Shown: positions 25,101 to 39,416 of the stretch, one piece after another
How the letters are laid out: each line of letters starts with the position of its first letter
How positions within the stretch are numbered: position 1 is the first letter of the stretch
Assembly (NCBI GenBank): GCA_028534125.1
Contig: CM052818.1
Span: 48,732,001 to 48,796,000 of the forward strand
From: Lama glama
Taxonomy: Eukaryota
DNA length: 64,000 bases
Direction: 5' to 3'
Position numbers and translations under genes: made by a program
The notes under the pieces: generated by a model
Database searches by the model: none
What the model saw: the letters and a program-made list of their open reading frames with translations, nothing else
What the model was told of the DNA's origin: nothing

Positions 25101-26514
25101 CTGACCCCAAAGCCAAGTGGAGTTTTGGATCCTGAGCAGCACAAATGGTCTTAGTTTTCCTTCTGAAGTGTTCAGATGGTCCCTTTGCTCAGACTCAGGA
25201 CACCCCTCGGCCCTCCCGCTGCAGGGGGGCCCGATGCCAGATCCCGAGGCTGCACAGAACAGCCTGGGCTTCAGCAACAGTTGAGAAACCCCCTCTGGAA
25301 AGCCTGGCCGCCCCCGACTGACGGCCATGTAGCCCCCGTTCCTGCCACCCCCCTCCTAGAAGTGTCTGGTACTGCTAAGTGAGAAAAGGCAGGTGACAAA
25401 GTTGTACCAAAATAAATTGCCTTTTTGTGGTTTATTTGTCAATAAGTAGGACATAAAGTTGTATTTCTGGAAAGAAGTGGGGAAAAAGAATCAAGACAGA
25501 CATGCACTACAATGTCAGCAGTGGTTTCTCTGGGTGGTGAGTAGTGTGCGTGTATGTATATATATATTATATATAGGGGTAAGTTTTCAGCAATGTCTGT
25601 ATGCTACTTTTATAACGGAAATGCATAATACGATTTACTAACGTTGGCTTTTTGTTCTGAACTCTGGGAAGAGGAGGAGAAACTGCCTCTACACGCTAAG
25701 CAGAAGGCTTGACTTGGAGCTTAAGAGACTCTTCCGAATTAGGAATTCGGACTGACGGCTGGAACTGCAGGTGGGGAGCCTGCTCTTTTGTTTCCAGGTA
25801 AGCTTCTCCATCAGAATCACAATGATGCCTCCCAGGGAAGTGAGACCCTGAGATCCCGGACTGAATAGCAAATGCAGAGCTCACCTCCCCCACCTCAACC
25901 TAAGAAGTAACAGAAAAGAAGAAAGTCTTCCTCCTGAATGTCAATTAACACAGTTAACATAAACAGACACTAAAATGTCCTAACCCTCATTACCAAAGTA
26001 ACAATTTCTGATTAAGTTGATAAAGCCTTTTTTTAACTCTTGCCTGGTCTCTTTTTTCTCTCCTTCCTTCCTACATCTGGAAAATCTCAGTGGAACCTTA
26101 AGCAAGTGAGGCAATGATTTACCACTGCAGTCGAATATCTGCGAATGTCTACAAGCCCAGAAAAATACAGTCCCTGGTAAGAGCCGTATTGGTTCAATGT
26201 GTTGGTTCAATCTGTTTGCTTCACTGAGTGATTCATAAGGATCAATATGGAAAACTTTGTTTTGAGTGAAATTCTTTTTTATTCCAGTGAGTCAGATCTA
26301 TCTGATTACATATGTAAGAGTATCTACTAGGTTAAATGTGACACATACAAATTTATAAATCTCAATTATTTAATACATGCTAATATATAAGAAACATATA
26401 TTACTTTAAATATCTCAAGAGAAGCTGTCAGGCTTTTATAGGCTTTTTTACCTTTAACTTGAGGCTTGGATCAAAGGTATAATAGCCCATACCCTAAAAA
26501 ATGCATGTCAATTG

Positions 26515-26593
26515 CAAAAAAAAAAAAAAAAATAAAATAAATAAATAAAAATAAATAAATAAATAAAATAAAATAAAATAAAATAAAATAAAA
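26515..26593 (+). repeat. Poly-A / (TAAA)n / (TAAAA)n tract, probably a retroposon tail
   Basis: A-run followed by aataa/aaata units. Confidence 0.9.
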
Positions 26594-26845
26594 TTAGTTC
26601 CTCCAATTTTTCATAAATTGGGAGGTTTGAGTATAAAATGTGATCATGATCTAGTTTGGAACAGAAATCTGTGGCTCAACTGTAATATTGATAAATAATG
26701 TGGTAGCCATGATCTCTAAATGTATTTAACTTCCATGTGAGACATTTGAAAAATCAGTGCTGGAAAATGACTAAATGAGGTTTCCTTGATCAGGGTGAAA
26801 TCAACATTTGAAAATCCAAAGAAAAACAAAACTTAAAAAACAAGT

Positions 26846-27056
26846 GTACAAACTACTATATATAAAAATAGATGAACAACAAGGTCCTACCGTATAGCAC
26901 AGGGAACTATATTCAATATCTTTTAATAATCCATCATGAAAAAGAATATGTGTGTGTGTGTGTGTGTGTGTATCTGAATCACTTTGCTGTACACCAGAAA
27001 CTATCAAACATTGAAAATTAACTACACTTCAATAAAGTAAATAAATACAAACAAAT
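26846..27056 (+). mobile_element. 5'-truncated L1 3' end with internal (TG)n
   Basis: 'aaactactatatataaaaatagatgaacaacaaggtcctac..gcacagggaactatattcaatatc..ctgaatcactttgctgtacaccagaaact..cttcaataaag'. Confidence 0.9.
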
Positions 27057-30000
27057 ATTACAGGAAAAAGAATGTGTCTCGTAAGCTTTGCTCACACTTG
27101 TGGCAACACCTGAGATCACCTGCAGCCGAGATTTCCTCTGTCATTTGCTTTGGTGGGAGGAGTTTTCCCATCGTGATGGAGGGCGACGCTCAGTCACGGC
27201 GCAGAGGCTGGGCCAGTGCCCAGGAAGGGGAGTTCATGTGGACAGAGGGCCTTGCTGAGGAACTCCGTTTTCTTTGATCATTTTTGTACGTTTGTTTGTT
27301 TTTTCCTTTACATTCAGTAGAGCAACTCTTTGCATCTGAAATGTATCTAACTTTACATTGCTTTCACACCCCCTAAACCTTTAATTTTTGTCTTCCAGCT
27401 TCTGCTCCAGAGAGTTCTCTGGCCCTGAACGCAGTTCTGGCTCTGTAAGGGCCCTGCATTAAAACCTCGCATTCGAAAGCGGAAGAGATCACGCTCATCA
27501 CAGCAAAAACAGGAGCAAATTTGTATTTTGGGTTAATCCCCATGTGTGATGTGCTATGCTTTGGGGATTCCACAGATCCTTAGAATTGAAAGGTAACCTA
27601 AAAGTATCATCTCTCCTTTTTTTTTTTTTAATCCTACAGAAACTGTGACCCAGATTGGTGAAGAGTGACCGATGACACGAGGACAGATCGCGAAACTGCC
27701 CGCACTTGAAAGCAGCTGCCACTTAGCTGCCTCTTGCAGACAGATTCCTTTTACTGGAATATGGCTTCGAAGCAGGTCTGTTTCCCATTAGCCTGCAGTG
27801 CTAACGCCTGGGGCTGGGATCCCTGCCTTTTAAATTATTCCAATGCCGTGGACTTGGTCCCTGAAGTCTGAGCTGTCCGGTCAGTCTACAACCTTCGATC
27901 TCTCCAATATAAACTTTTCTTTATTACATGGTCCAGAAAAACATTAGTCCTGATAAAAAGCAGTTTCTTTCAATTAAAGACAGAAAGACGTGGGAGAGGA
28001 AAGTGAAAATTAGAAACATGGAGGAAGACACTTGAAGATCTTGGGCGAGGCAGCCTCAGGGTCCCAGCGTCCCCGGAAGCATGGGGTTGGGTGGAGGCTA
28101 TTTACAATGTCTGAGAACAGAAACACAGTCTGGGCAGACGTCATTAGTCAGAGTAACATCAAGTAACAATAATAACAAAAAACAGCGATGCTTTCTGACT
28201 TAGGGAAAACTGGATTAATGCTGCAAGCTAACTTAAGTGGTCCTGATCAGGCTGTTACAACCGAAGAAGTAAAAGAGAGATTTCTGACTTAGGAGAAACT
28301 TTAAAATTTGTGTTGTTCACACACCTAACTGATCAAGGTCCGCTGTCTTGCCCTTTTTACGAGGCCAGTGGAGACCGTGTATGTGAAAACATCCAGGTTC
28401 TGCTCGATAAGCGGTGGGTGTTACTGTTGTTACCATCAGCATGACTACTTACTGTAAATTAAGGTACAATCACTGAATCTTATGAAACCACCTCTCCTCA
28501 AGGCCTCGAGAAGCAGCTTATTTCAGAGCAGCCTAAAGCTTGCTTGGAGGTGGGGAAAATGGTGCGGTTTAATAGAACAGGTCATATGTCCGTGCGAAAC
28601 ATCGCCTTTCATCTTCTGGTGCAGATTTAGCTTCCGACGCAAACTAACCCCCCTAAACTCTCCATGTCACAAATGCAAGAGCATTCTCCACAGGGACGGG
28701 GCTCAGTCCTCAGAGAGGCAGATGCACGTGACCGCTATCTACTCGGGAAAAATGAGCTACGTTTCAGCCACATGGAGTTTTGATTATGACAAAACCCTTT
28801 CATGTGTTTTTGTAAAGATAGTCAGTTTCAGTTAATATAAATCAAATGTTCAGGGCTGGAGCCAGAGAGCGGCGTTCAGTATTCAGGGTGTGGGAGCGAG
28901 TTCCCTGCCTGCCCAGGAGGAGAACCTTCTTCTGGTTTAGGAAGGAACATTTTCTTTGTTATAGGCAGGGTTCAGACTTCGGGGAGAGAAGACAGAAGAA
29001 GTGGAGAAGCACCCCACCGCACTGTGAGTTGATGGTGGGAACGGGGGAGGCTGCAGAGATGAGGATGGAGGTAAGTTCCAGGCACCCCTTCCTTTCTGGA
29101 GCTGGGGTCTCGGATGGAGCCTGGAGCAAATGACAACTTGTCACCGTGACCCCAGTCACCCTGGGAAAGTTCCAATAAAGCAAAACCTGTAAAGGGCTGC
29201 CTCACGGCTCCACCCTGGAGAAGCACAGCTCCTGAATGACCGAAGGGCATTTGGGAAGCCTTGCTCTGACTTACGCACAATTTGTTTTCAAGAAAATGCT
29301 CTGGTTCTTCAAATATGTCACTGGCTCATTTTAATGTTTACCCTTAAAAGACACACGCAGACTGTTAGGTTCTACTACGTTCTTCCTTCAGGAATTTTTG
29401 AGCGCCTTCAGTGTCTGCTCTTCGGCTCACGGAGCCCTCAGTGAGGCTCACGTGGGGGCTGGGGCGGCCTGCGGCTGGACTGCGGTCGAGTCAGCAGTCA
29501 GGGAGAGGTGTTCGCTGGAGTCCCGGCAAGCACGTTTGCGTGAGGAAGGGGAGGTCCAGGCACCGAGCGCAGAAAGCAACGCAGAGCGGAGCCCCTGGCT
29601 CCTGGCAGCCCTCGCCGCTTCTGGGAGGTTCCCTGTCTGCTTTTTTTGGCAACCGGTGAGTCACTACGTACTTCCCAGTGCACGTGAATTCCCCGGCTCT
29701 GGCTTGCCTGGTAATCCCACCTCTTAGGTCAGGAACTGAATCTGTGGTCTGTTTATCGCTCCCTCTATTATCGCTCCGGACAGCTGAGGATGCGCAGGGA
29801 CAGGGCGTGTGGGTCGGAGCTCTGGGGCGGCGGGGAGGTGCAAGAACGGGTGGGAGACAGAGCCGGGCTGAGACGCAGTCCTCGATCTCAGGGTGCTTAT
29901 AATCCAGTGGGAAGACAAAGCCGTGGCGTGTCCAACAACTGAATGGCGGTAAGTGTCCACGGATCCCACCCGGGGTTGGGTGAGTGGTGGAGGGCCGGCC

Positions 30001-31754
30001 GTGCTTAGTCACAGACGGGCAGGAGGTGGGCTCGGAGAAGGCCAGGAAGGAAACCAGCGCTTGGGGGTGTCGAGTGCCTGCTTCTCACGGCTCCTTCAGA
30101 CCTCACGATGAGGCCCCCACGACGCAAGTTGTTACCCGAAGGTCCTGTGAAGTCCAAGAGTGGCCTCTCCCCTTGGTCTCCGCCCCTCCGTGCCCTTCCT
30201 TCTTCTGTTCCTTCCAGCACACGGTGGGAGGGAGTGACAGAAATGGGTCCAAGCCTCCGCTGGTCTGACTTCTGAGCCTGAGGTCTTTCCATAAGACTAT
30301 GTCATGTACGTATCCACGGAGCATCTTCCCGAGGTTACAAAGTGGGTGCCCAGGTCCGATGGAAACCTGACGACACCGCATGGGTATTTCTGACCTGGGA
30401 AGTCCAGGAGGCCCTGCCAGCACCATCATGGGCTCCAGAAAGCAGAAGTCCTTTGCATGAGCTTAGAGCATTTGCTCAGCCAACAATAAACGGGGTGGGA
30501 GTGAAGGCTTCTGCACTCAGCTTTCAAAGCTGCTTGGAAGGGACACGGTGGCCCTGTCCGTGGGCTTCAAGTTCAGTGCACAGACAGCCCGTCAGAGCCA
30601 CCGTGGGGACATGTTCCCGATGCGGGTCCCAGGGCCCACTCTGGGCCCCTGGGACTGGATCCATCCGGGCTAATGGCTGGACGACCAGGAGGCTGGGCGG
30701 ACAGCCCAGGAGGCACGCTGGTGAGAAGCCTCCGGGTTTTTTTATGTCGTCTAAGTTCACAAACAGACGGATGGGGGAAGAGTCCCGGTTCAAGGGCAGC
30801 CTGGTCTCAGGCACAGCGAGCATGTGCTTGCTCTCCCTGGATGTCCCGTCACACCTAACCCTCGCCACAGCTCCAGGGTGGAGCGGTGCTTTAATCTCAG
30901 CTTTGCCCACGAGCACGGCAGGGCCGGGTAGGGCCACGCAGGGCCACGCAACGTGCCCTCTAGAGCTGAGGCTGAACGTCAGGCCTCCGGCTTAGAATCC
31001 TCGTCCTCTACTCCCTCCCAAGTGAAGGTTAAACACAAGAGAACTGCAGCGGCAGAATAAATGAGTAATTCCCGGAAGTGCATTCAAACGCCCCGATGTA
31101 CTTTTCTTTCTGCGGGTCTCTGTCTCTCGCTACGAAGTACCACACACTGGTCAGGCTGTCTCACCAACATAGGAATCCCGCATGGACACACTGGTGGAAC
31201 TGGGGGCAGCGGCAGCGGCAGTGAGTGAGTCTCACTTCCCGTAGGTAAAGCTCAGCCGTTTCGCCTAGAAAGAGGAAGAATAAAGAGCAGCGAAGTTTGA
31301 CTTTTGCAGACAACTTGGTTTGAACTGAAAGTGAACTCCCCCTCAAATCAAACTTTAGAAATTGATTTCTCCCTGGGGGGAGAAAAACATGCTTTTGCAT
31401 TGCATTGGCTTGTAGAAAGAAATGTATTAAACACGATCGATTTAAAAACGATGCTGTGCTCTTGACGGCCTGGGAGTCCACGCTGGGCTGCGCAGGAGAA
31501 GTTCGGGGAAATGCGTGGCACCGTTCACTCAGTGGACACCTTTTGAAGTCCTGCTTTGTGGCAGGCGCGTCTCTCTGACAATTTTCAACACCATGGATCC
31601 AAGTTTCCAGGTGAGTCAGAAGTTAAAGAAATGCACATGCTCAGCTTCACAAGCAAAGGTGCAGGACGTGGAAGTGTGCTCCGTTACTTTTGTAGGCAGA
31701 CCGTCCCTGGTGGAGCGGAGCCTGTGCCCTGGAGCCCAGCACCGCGCAGGCGAT

Positions 31755-31995
31755 TTTTTTTTTAACTGAAGTACAGTCAGTTACACTGTGTCAGTTTCTG
31801 GTGTGCAGCACAGGGTCCCAGTCATCACAGGGTTCCAGTCATGCATGTATATGTGTATTCATTTTCCTATTCTTTTCTTTTAAAGGTTATTATAAGATAT
31901 TGAATATAGTTCCCTATGCTCTACAGAAGAAATCTTGTTTTTTATCTGTTTTTGTATGTAGTGGTTAACACTTGCAAATCTCAAACTCCCAAATC
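31755..31995 (-). mobile_element. 5'-truncated camelid-type L1 3' end with TSD and an internal 17-bp duplication
   Basis: 'ctgaagtacagtcagttac..'. TSD gcaggcgatt (31746-31755) / gcaggtgatt (32000-32009). Duplication cacagggt(c/t)ccagtcat at 31809-31842. Confidence 0.9.
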
Positions 31996-33141
31996 AGGGG
32001 CAGGTGATTGAACCAGGGAGATGGCCCTGTATTCAAGTTAGCGAAATAAATATTCTAGAACCTGGGAACATCCGGGAGGGAGCCACCCACCGTGCCCTGG
32101 AAGAGGATTTGTGGGCGGACAGGAAAGGTGTGCTCAGGGAGGTGACGGTGGAGGGGCAGCTGGGACAGAGGAGGTGACGGTGGCTGGGTTGGAGGGAACG
32201 GGTGGCGCGGGAGGCGATGTGATGCAGTCAGCCATTGCCCAGAAGGCTGGTTTGTCCAGAGTCTGGGGGGTGGGGTCGGGGGGAAAGGTGAAGAGGGGGA
32301 CGCCCTGCTGTGGGACACCAGGGGCCAGTCAGCGGGAGAGCAAGAGAGGGCAGAGAGGGGGTTGTGGAGGTCTGTGTGTGCCCTGCCCGGGGACCTGGAT
32401 GTCAGCCTGCAGGTGGTGAGGAGCCCCAGCGTGGCCGCGGCGTCCTGCCGCTTCTCCCCCCGCAGCTCGGACACGGGCCACACGCACACTCCAGGCCTCG
32501 GAGCGGCCAGTCAGCCGGCCAGTCGGACGTTAAGATGAAGGTCAGGAGGTGGTGAAGCGGAAGATGCCTGCCTGTCCCGGTACCGCTCTGCGCACGGACG
32601 GCCCTGGGACCTTAGGCTACTGCGGGATATTTCAAACATTGTCCAAGTTCCTCTTCAGAGGGAGAAATTCTCACGAACCCCTTGCTAACGTAGAATGGGC
32701 CGTATATGCCAACACAGCCAAGGTCCCCCGTAGCGACTGTGGTCGCAGCCTGTAACTACAGAGCGTGGACACATAAGCGCGGGAAAGCAACAACGCCGAC
32801 AGCGCTCAAGCCGGCAAGCGTCCTCGGGAGCGCCGCGCCGCTGAGACGGGCGCCAAGGCGGGCTCCCAGGGAAGCTGTATGTTCCACAGCCCGCCTGTTC
32901 GACTTACTCTTTTGCTTTTTGGTGTAACGTTCTCGTAAGTCACAAATTCACACAACTGCAAGGGTGCTGTGAAATATGTAACGTGCAGGGGCTGGCTTTG
33001 GTAAGGCCGGAGCCGCGCAATCTGGGGGACCTTCTCTGAGGAAACGGATCCAACACTGTTAACACAAGTGCTGTGGAGAGAACTGTCGCCTGGGGAAGAC
33101 CCTGCAGCTCAGATGCAGCCACTTCCCCGTAAACCCATCTA

Positions 33142-33786
33142 TTTTGTTGTTGTTGCTTTTTTGTATAGATCTTTTATTTTATTTTTATTGAAGTGCAGTT
33201 GATTTACAAGGTTGTGTTAATTCTGGCGTACAGCACAGTGATTCAGTGATACATCTGTGTGTGTTCTTTTTCCAATTCTTTTCCATTATAGCTCATTACA
33301 AGATATTGAATGTTCCCTATGCTCTACAGTAGGGCCTTGTTGTTTATCTAGTTTATATAAAGTAGTGTGTATACGTTAATTCCAAACTCCTAATTTATCC
33401 CTCCCCCACCTTTCCCGTTTGTTAACCAGAAGTTTGTTTTCTACGTCTGAGTCTGTTCCTGTTTTATAAATATGTTCATTTGTAACGTTCTTTAGATTTC
33501 ACATGTAAGTGATGTCATACTCCTGGGCATCTATCCAGAGAAAATACTAATTTGAAAAGATACAGGCACCCCAGTGTTCATAGCAGCANNNNNNNNNNNN
33601 NNNNNNNNNNNNNNNNNNNNNNNNNNNNNNNNNNNNNNNNNNNNNNNNNNNNNNNNNNNNNNNNNNNNNNNNNNNNNNNNNNNNNNNNNNNNNNNNNNNN
33701 NNNNNNNNNNNNNNNNNNNNNNNNNNNNNNNNNNNNNNNNNNNNNNNNNNNTGAGTGAAGTAAGTCAGATAGAGAAAGAGAAATAC
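33142..33786 (-). mobile_element. L1 insertion with 5' inversion (contains N-run 33589-33751)
   Basis: Antisense 3'UTR to ~33519, then a sense-oriented ORF2 3' segment 'ctcctgggcatctatccagag...gagtgaagtaagtcagatagagaaagagaaatac'. Confidence 0.85.
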
Positions 33787-36639
33787 ATCCATCTTCTTAA
33801 GAATTGGGCACATCACCCCTGGCACATGACAGGTGCTTATTTCGTTATTAGTGCTGTGGACTTGCCCTTGAAACCATGCAAGATCTTGGCTGCAGTGACA
33901 TCAGAGGGGCTGGAATTAACCAGTGCTCTCTCCCAGGCGTCCCCACTGAATAGGTGCTTGTTCCACCAGAATTCTTGTGAACAAAGCAACTTAACCATTT
34001 AGAGCGAAATGACCTAATACATTAAAGTGGTCGATACAACCTAAAAATTGGTCAGTGTTCCCCGGGAAGAGGGCGTGCATCAGTGCCAGAGGTTGCTCTG
34101 GCGACGCACGTGGACACAGTCAGTCTTGGTAAGTGCATCCCTGAAGTCCTCATCTGTGCTTTCCCACTGCTGTGACCTTGATTGTCATCAGATATCTGCA
34201 GATGGATTTATTTTAAGAGCTGTGTGCCAGAAGGTGCCAAGACTTGGTATTCGTGTTGACATCCACTCGTGACGGGCATGTGTCTGAGCGATGTAGCCCT
34301 GGGGTCCTATTTTAATTTTAATGGTGCCTCTTTGGTTATAAATAAAATATGGATCACACATTTTCTAGAATTACTTAATGTCATCAGCAAGCGACAGTCA
34401 ATAGAATCTGGAGCATAATACCATGATGGTATCATTCCTATTAAAAACAGAGTCAAATATTTAAATAAAAAACACATTAATATGCCTCTTAAGCCACGTC
34501 TGAGAGACCTACGTAGCTTCCCAGTAATAAGTCTGCAAACATGTGCTTGAGAGTCAATATTCTGGACACACAGATCAGCTCTTATCTCCTACAGCCCAGC
34601 TGGGTCTTCAACAAACAAGGCAATGAGATGCTGCTGGAGGTGACCACGAAGGATGCAGAAGAAAAGGAGGCTTGTCTTTGTTAGATTCCACCCGGAGGGC
34701 TGCCCCGCAGTGCCAGCCGTACAAGTTCACGGAGAAGGTGCGTCTTTGCCCAAGGCTCTCTACGTGTTCTGTTCACACAGAGGGATGGGCAGACAGGCCG
34801 TCCCCTAGCTGACGGCTAGTACGCAGAGGTGTGGAATGCTGGCGGTCTAGCCAGTGCCAGAAGGAGCCGCTGGAATCCAGGAGGATAAATAAATCGGGCA
34901 GAGAGACAGCGGCTCTGCACCAGGAAGGGGAAAGCTCAGTGCCCCGGGGTGCCGTTGACGCAGAAAGCCCCAGCACAGCCGAGGGGGGCTGGAGTGTCCA
35001 TAAAGGGGGGAAATAAAGACAGAAACAGGAAGCTGAGGTGCTGAGGGAGAAGATGAAAGAGGGGGATGAGAAGAAAGGAGGCTATAAAACAAGCCACGAG
35101 AGAAAACGGGGGGACAAGGCAGTTACAAAAGGCGTTAACTAGGTCTGATCCCGGAATGGCGGTGAAGGAAAGAATTCGGAATTAGGTCATTTTGAATCGT
35201 TGCTGCAGCTACGACCTCTGCGCAGCGACGGGATGGATGTGCTCGGACCTAAAGTCTGTGACACCGGGCCCTGCACCCCCTTTCCTTTTGAGGTAACCCG
35301 GGCGCTTTGGGGGTTCGACTTTGCTTGCTCGTCTGTGTTTAGAAGGACATGAGAGAAGAAAGGAGAATTTAATTACTGGACTTGGGCAGATGAATGCATT
35401 TCCAGCTTTTTTTTCTTTGCAATTATTTAAAGATAATAAAAAAAATCAAAGAGATTCCACACTCTTTCCCACTGCCACTCTGGAAGATTAAATCATGTGT
35501 CTCAGCAAGATGAATACATTCAGTTTCACCCTGGGAAGAAGAAAAAAATCTGCTTTTTGCATGGACAGTAAGGAAACAATTGTATGAAGGACTGAGATGT
35601 TTAATAGCGACTAAATGCTTCAAGCAATCATCCTTTTGTGTTGTGTATGTAAGCACATATAAAACGTTTATACCCTGGTCTGTTTATGTCCAACATTATC
35701 TAATAAATGTGGCTTATGGTGGGGGGAGACGGCGAGGGGGGCAGTTATCTACCTGGGTGTGACCTCCATTATGCTTGGAAAGGTGGCCGCCCGGTCGCAG
35801 GCTTCAGATAATGAACTGCATAAAACAAGGCTTAACTCACTGTTCGCAGCTTTATCTCAAACTAGACAGGCTGCAGCAGCATTTACATTTCAAAACACGG
35901 ATTTACACCAAATATTCAGATAAGCTTGAGGGCACCTGCTTTTCTAGCCTTTGCAAAGAGTATCTGTGCCTTTTTCCAAGAAGGCGGCCCAGGCCTGTCT
36001 TATCACCCAGTAAATAATGAGTGTGTCTGCAGAGGCAGAGGGGTAAGACTCAGGGGCGAGGGGCCGGGGGGCGGGGGCAGTGGGGGTTGAGGGGGAAAAG
36101 GCCAGATACAAAATGGCAGGGAAGTCAAGAGGTGATGCTCTTGCAACTTACGGGAGCCTTAGGGTTGGAATCCTCGCTGGGCCACCTTGTTAGCTGGTTT
36201 GTTTCTTAACCCGTTTCCAGACGCTGAAGAGGGAGGGGAGGGGAGGGGAAGGAAGGGAGGGGTGCATCAGGAGCCGGGCTCAGCCTTGCTGCTTCCCTCC
36301 TGCCCTGCGACCTGCACGCAGGAGAGCGGGGCTTGACCGCACGGCTGGTCTGGGCTGGCCCGCGGCCGCCCTGCGCGGTCTGTTGCAGCTCTACCCTTCC
36401 TCCTCTTCAGGGCCCCCTTCCCATCGCCAAGACGTCCTCCTGTAAGAGCTCGGACTTTCCATACAGCCCTGAGTTCGAATCTCTCTTTGGCTCTGAGAAT
36501 CTCACTCTGCACCTGGCCTGGTGCGCTGGCCCTCACTGTTGCCACGTGTAAAGTGCGGCTGCTCACACTTGCCTCCAGAGCTGTTGTGAAGATGGAGTCA
36601 GTGAAGAACGAAGGCGGGATGGCTGAGTAGGAGGCGCCC

Positions 36640-37050
36640 ATTCCCCGAGAGGGGGCGCTACCCGGCAGGGCGTGGGCTGGCCCGGCAGCCGCCGCCGAAG
36701 GCAGCTTGGATCCTCACTTCCTGTGGCACACCGGCCTCAGGGCCGCGCAGCCCGTTTGAGCAGGGCGCAGAAGACTGAGTCTCGGTGCAGCAGAGCCCGC
36801 AGGAGGGATGGGCCAATGGGCGAGGCCGCCCGAGACCTCAAGCTGCTTCTTACCGAGGCATGAGCAAGCTGAGCTGCCTGGATCTCAGGGGAACCCCGCG
36901 GCTGTGAGCCTCCCCCAAGCTTCCGAAATCAACGTGCTAAGGCTCAGCGGCGGGTGAGTGTCGGGCCCCAGAGCTGCCCTGAGCAGCCCGCCCGGGCCAG
37001 CCTCGCAGACAGCGCTGGGAGGGCGCGGGGCGGGCTCCTGGGTCCCTTAC
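36640..37050. promoter_or_regulatory. CpG-rich patch with a CTCF-like motif
   Basis: CCGAGAGGGGGCGCTA at 36645-36660 (strong AGGGGGCGC core, two 5' mismatches) and GC box ggggcggg at ~37027. Confidence 0.35.
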
Positions 37051-38217
37051 GGCGCCTGGAAGGCGCTAATGGTCTCCCGTGGGATTCTCTTGGCTAACGC
37101 TTGTTTCTGTCTGGAGCCTTGGCTGTGAAGTTACAAATGCTGCTGTGGTCTGATTGAGACCAACCTCAAGGCCAGCCTTGCGGCGAGCAGGAGAGGAAAC
37201 GGCATGAACAAACACGTGGAGGTCGAGGAGCGAGAGGGAGCGGGGCTGGGGGAGCGGCCGGGGGCTGCTCTGAGCTGCTGCTTCTGCTCGGCGACTTGGC
37301 CCACTTCTCCTTCGAAACCTCGGGCTGCGCTGGCCCCACACCGTGACCTCCTCCGACTGCCATTAGGACTCTCGAGGGTATGTCTTATGCCTGTTTGATG
37401 GAGGGAAACAAATGGGAGAGCAGAGGGATCCAAAAATGGCTCCCACACCTAGGAAAAAGGGAAGCTTCCTCCGGGGCGCGGGTCACCTGGCCCTGCGGCC
37501 CAGTGTCCCCCGTCGGCCTCCCTCTTCCTCTCCTGGGGTCCTTCGGCCACCAGGGCCCTTAGCATTCAAAGGTATCGTATGACCCTGGAAACATGAGTGG
37601 CATTCCCTTATCCCCGGCGTCGCTGTGGCAGGTTAGCTGGGCACACGTGGGCTCCGTACACGTGTATGAGGCTGCCGTGAGGGACACTGCGGGGGACGGA
37701 GGGGAGGACATCAGAGCTGTTCCTTGAGCGGGTGCCCCTCTTCCAGCCCCCCCAACAGAGCCAGCACACCTGCGGGCCATGGGGGGAGGCGGCCCACGGC
37801 GCCTGGGAGCGCGGCCTGGTTCAGGCAGAGGCAGACGCCGCCATCTGGGTGTGGCTGTGCTGAGCCCAGGCCAGGCCACAGGGAAGAGGCCCTGGGAAGT
37901 GTCCGCTGGTGGAGGATTTTGACAAGCACATACGAGGGGTGAGAGGGAGGCCTCAAAGGAAGCAAAAACAGGGACAAATCAAGGGCCGGGGGACACGTTC
38001 GGAGAACAGAAGCCCTGGGAAGCTGAACTTTGTTTTTTATTTTTTTTTCCATACTGTGGAACAATCTTTTTAAATAATATTCGCAATTTGTAAAATTAAA
38101 TGTAACATTCTTACTGAGTCATACAGTTTGAATTGGAAAAGTTTTGCACCCATGCAGGCCACCCCTGCTAATTATAGTTACTAATATTCAGTATCATCCC
38201 CTGGCTATTTTAAATGG

Positions 38218-38362
38218 TACACACACAGACACACACTCACGGACACACACAGACACACGGACAGATACACACACAGACACACACCAACACGTACACCCTC
38301 ACAGACGCACAGACACACACACACACAAACACATAAACTCACAGACACAGGCACTCACACAT
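38218..38362 (+). repeat. Imperfect (CA)n/(CAGA)n microsatellite
   Basis: Visible acacacagac repeats. A similar CA-rich patch lies at ~23885-23998. Confidence 0.9.
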
Positions 38363-38927
38363 CACAGTGAACGCCCCAGCTCCGTCTTGCTCTGGACCGC
38401 AGGATCCAGGACCCGACGCCCGATCCAACAGCCGAGGCTGTGAGCGGCAGAAAGTCACCTAAGCCGCGGGGAGACGCAAAGGCTCTGCGTGAGCCTCGTC
38501 CCGAAGGGAGAAAGGAAAATATTATTCTGTTCTCGCCTGAAACCACGGTGTGTTCTTGCACACTGAGTGCATAGCTCCGTCTGGTGTCTCCTCCTGACAG
38601 CGTTTACAACAGAGGAGAGGATTGGGGGCGTGGGGGCCGCCACAATGTCAGCGTCTCGGGGAGGAGAGACCATGGCCACCCCGCAGGCCCCTCTGTGCCC
38701 AGGGCCCTGCCAAGTGTTTGTCACACAAAACCCCTTCCTGCTCAGAGGGCTGCTGGCAGCTCCCTGCCGCGTTCCGCGGACTCCAGCTACAGAGAAATGT
38801 AGGCACAAAAAAGGAGATTTAGGGTGGAGTAACCTCACTGTCGGGGAACGTAGTAGGCCTGGAAGTGCTTGAACTTGGCACTGTTTCCAGACACCCATCC
38901 TTCACCACCACGATGTGCTCCTACACG

Positions 38928-39384
38928 TGGGTATGAGGGCCTTGCAGCTGCCGTAACACAACACCACAAACTGGGGGGCTTCAAACAATGGGCCTTTATT
39001 CTCTCACAGTTCTGGAGGCCAGACGTCCAACACCAAGGTGTCGGCAGGGCCACGGTTCCTCTGAGACCTGGAAGGGAGGGTCCAGGACCCAGTCTTCCAG
39101 CTCCTGGAGCTTTGCTGGCTCCCCTCGGCTTCCTGGGCTGGTAGCTGTGTCCCTCTGGTCTCCGCTGCCTCTGTGCGTGGCCTCTCCCTGTGTCTCTGAC
39201 TTCACGTGGCCGTTTTCTTAGAGGGACGTGGATTAGGGGATCCCTGAATCCACCCTCCCCGAGGATGGCAGAGTCTCAATTGTATCTGCACCCATCCGGC
39301 TTCCAAAGAAGGTCAGGACCTGGAAGTCCTGGAGGTTTACAGTTCAACACACCATTGTGTGGAGGACACAGTTCAGGCCATAAG
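38928..39384 (-). mobile_element. ERVL-MaLR solo LTR, MLT1C-like
   Basis: 'gctgccgtaacacaacaccacaaactgggggg cttcaaacaa..tttattctctcacagttctggaggccagacgtccaa..aaggtgtcggcagggc...ggacacagttca'. Confidence 0.8.
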
Positions 39385-39416
39385 GACAAGTTATACTTGT
39401 TAGCGACTTATGGTGT

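Noticed and set aside
24436-25116. 226-aa minus-strand ORF and overlapping 190-aa plus-strand ORF
   Set aside because: Low-complexity Arg/Pro/Gly/Ala sequence open on both strands with non-ATG starts, as expected from stop-codon depletion in a CpG island.
30342-30995. 217-aa ORF
   Set aside because: GTG start, no recognisable domain, 3' part overlaps a MIR-like fragment, and an antisense ORF is also open.
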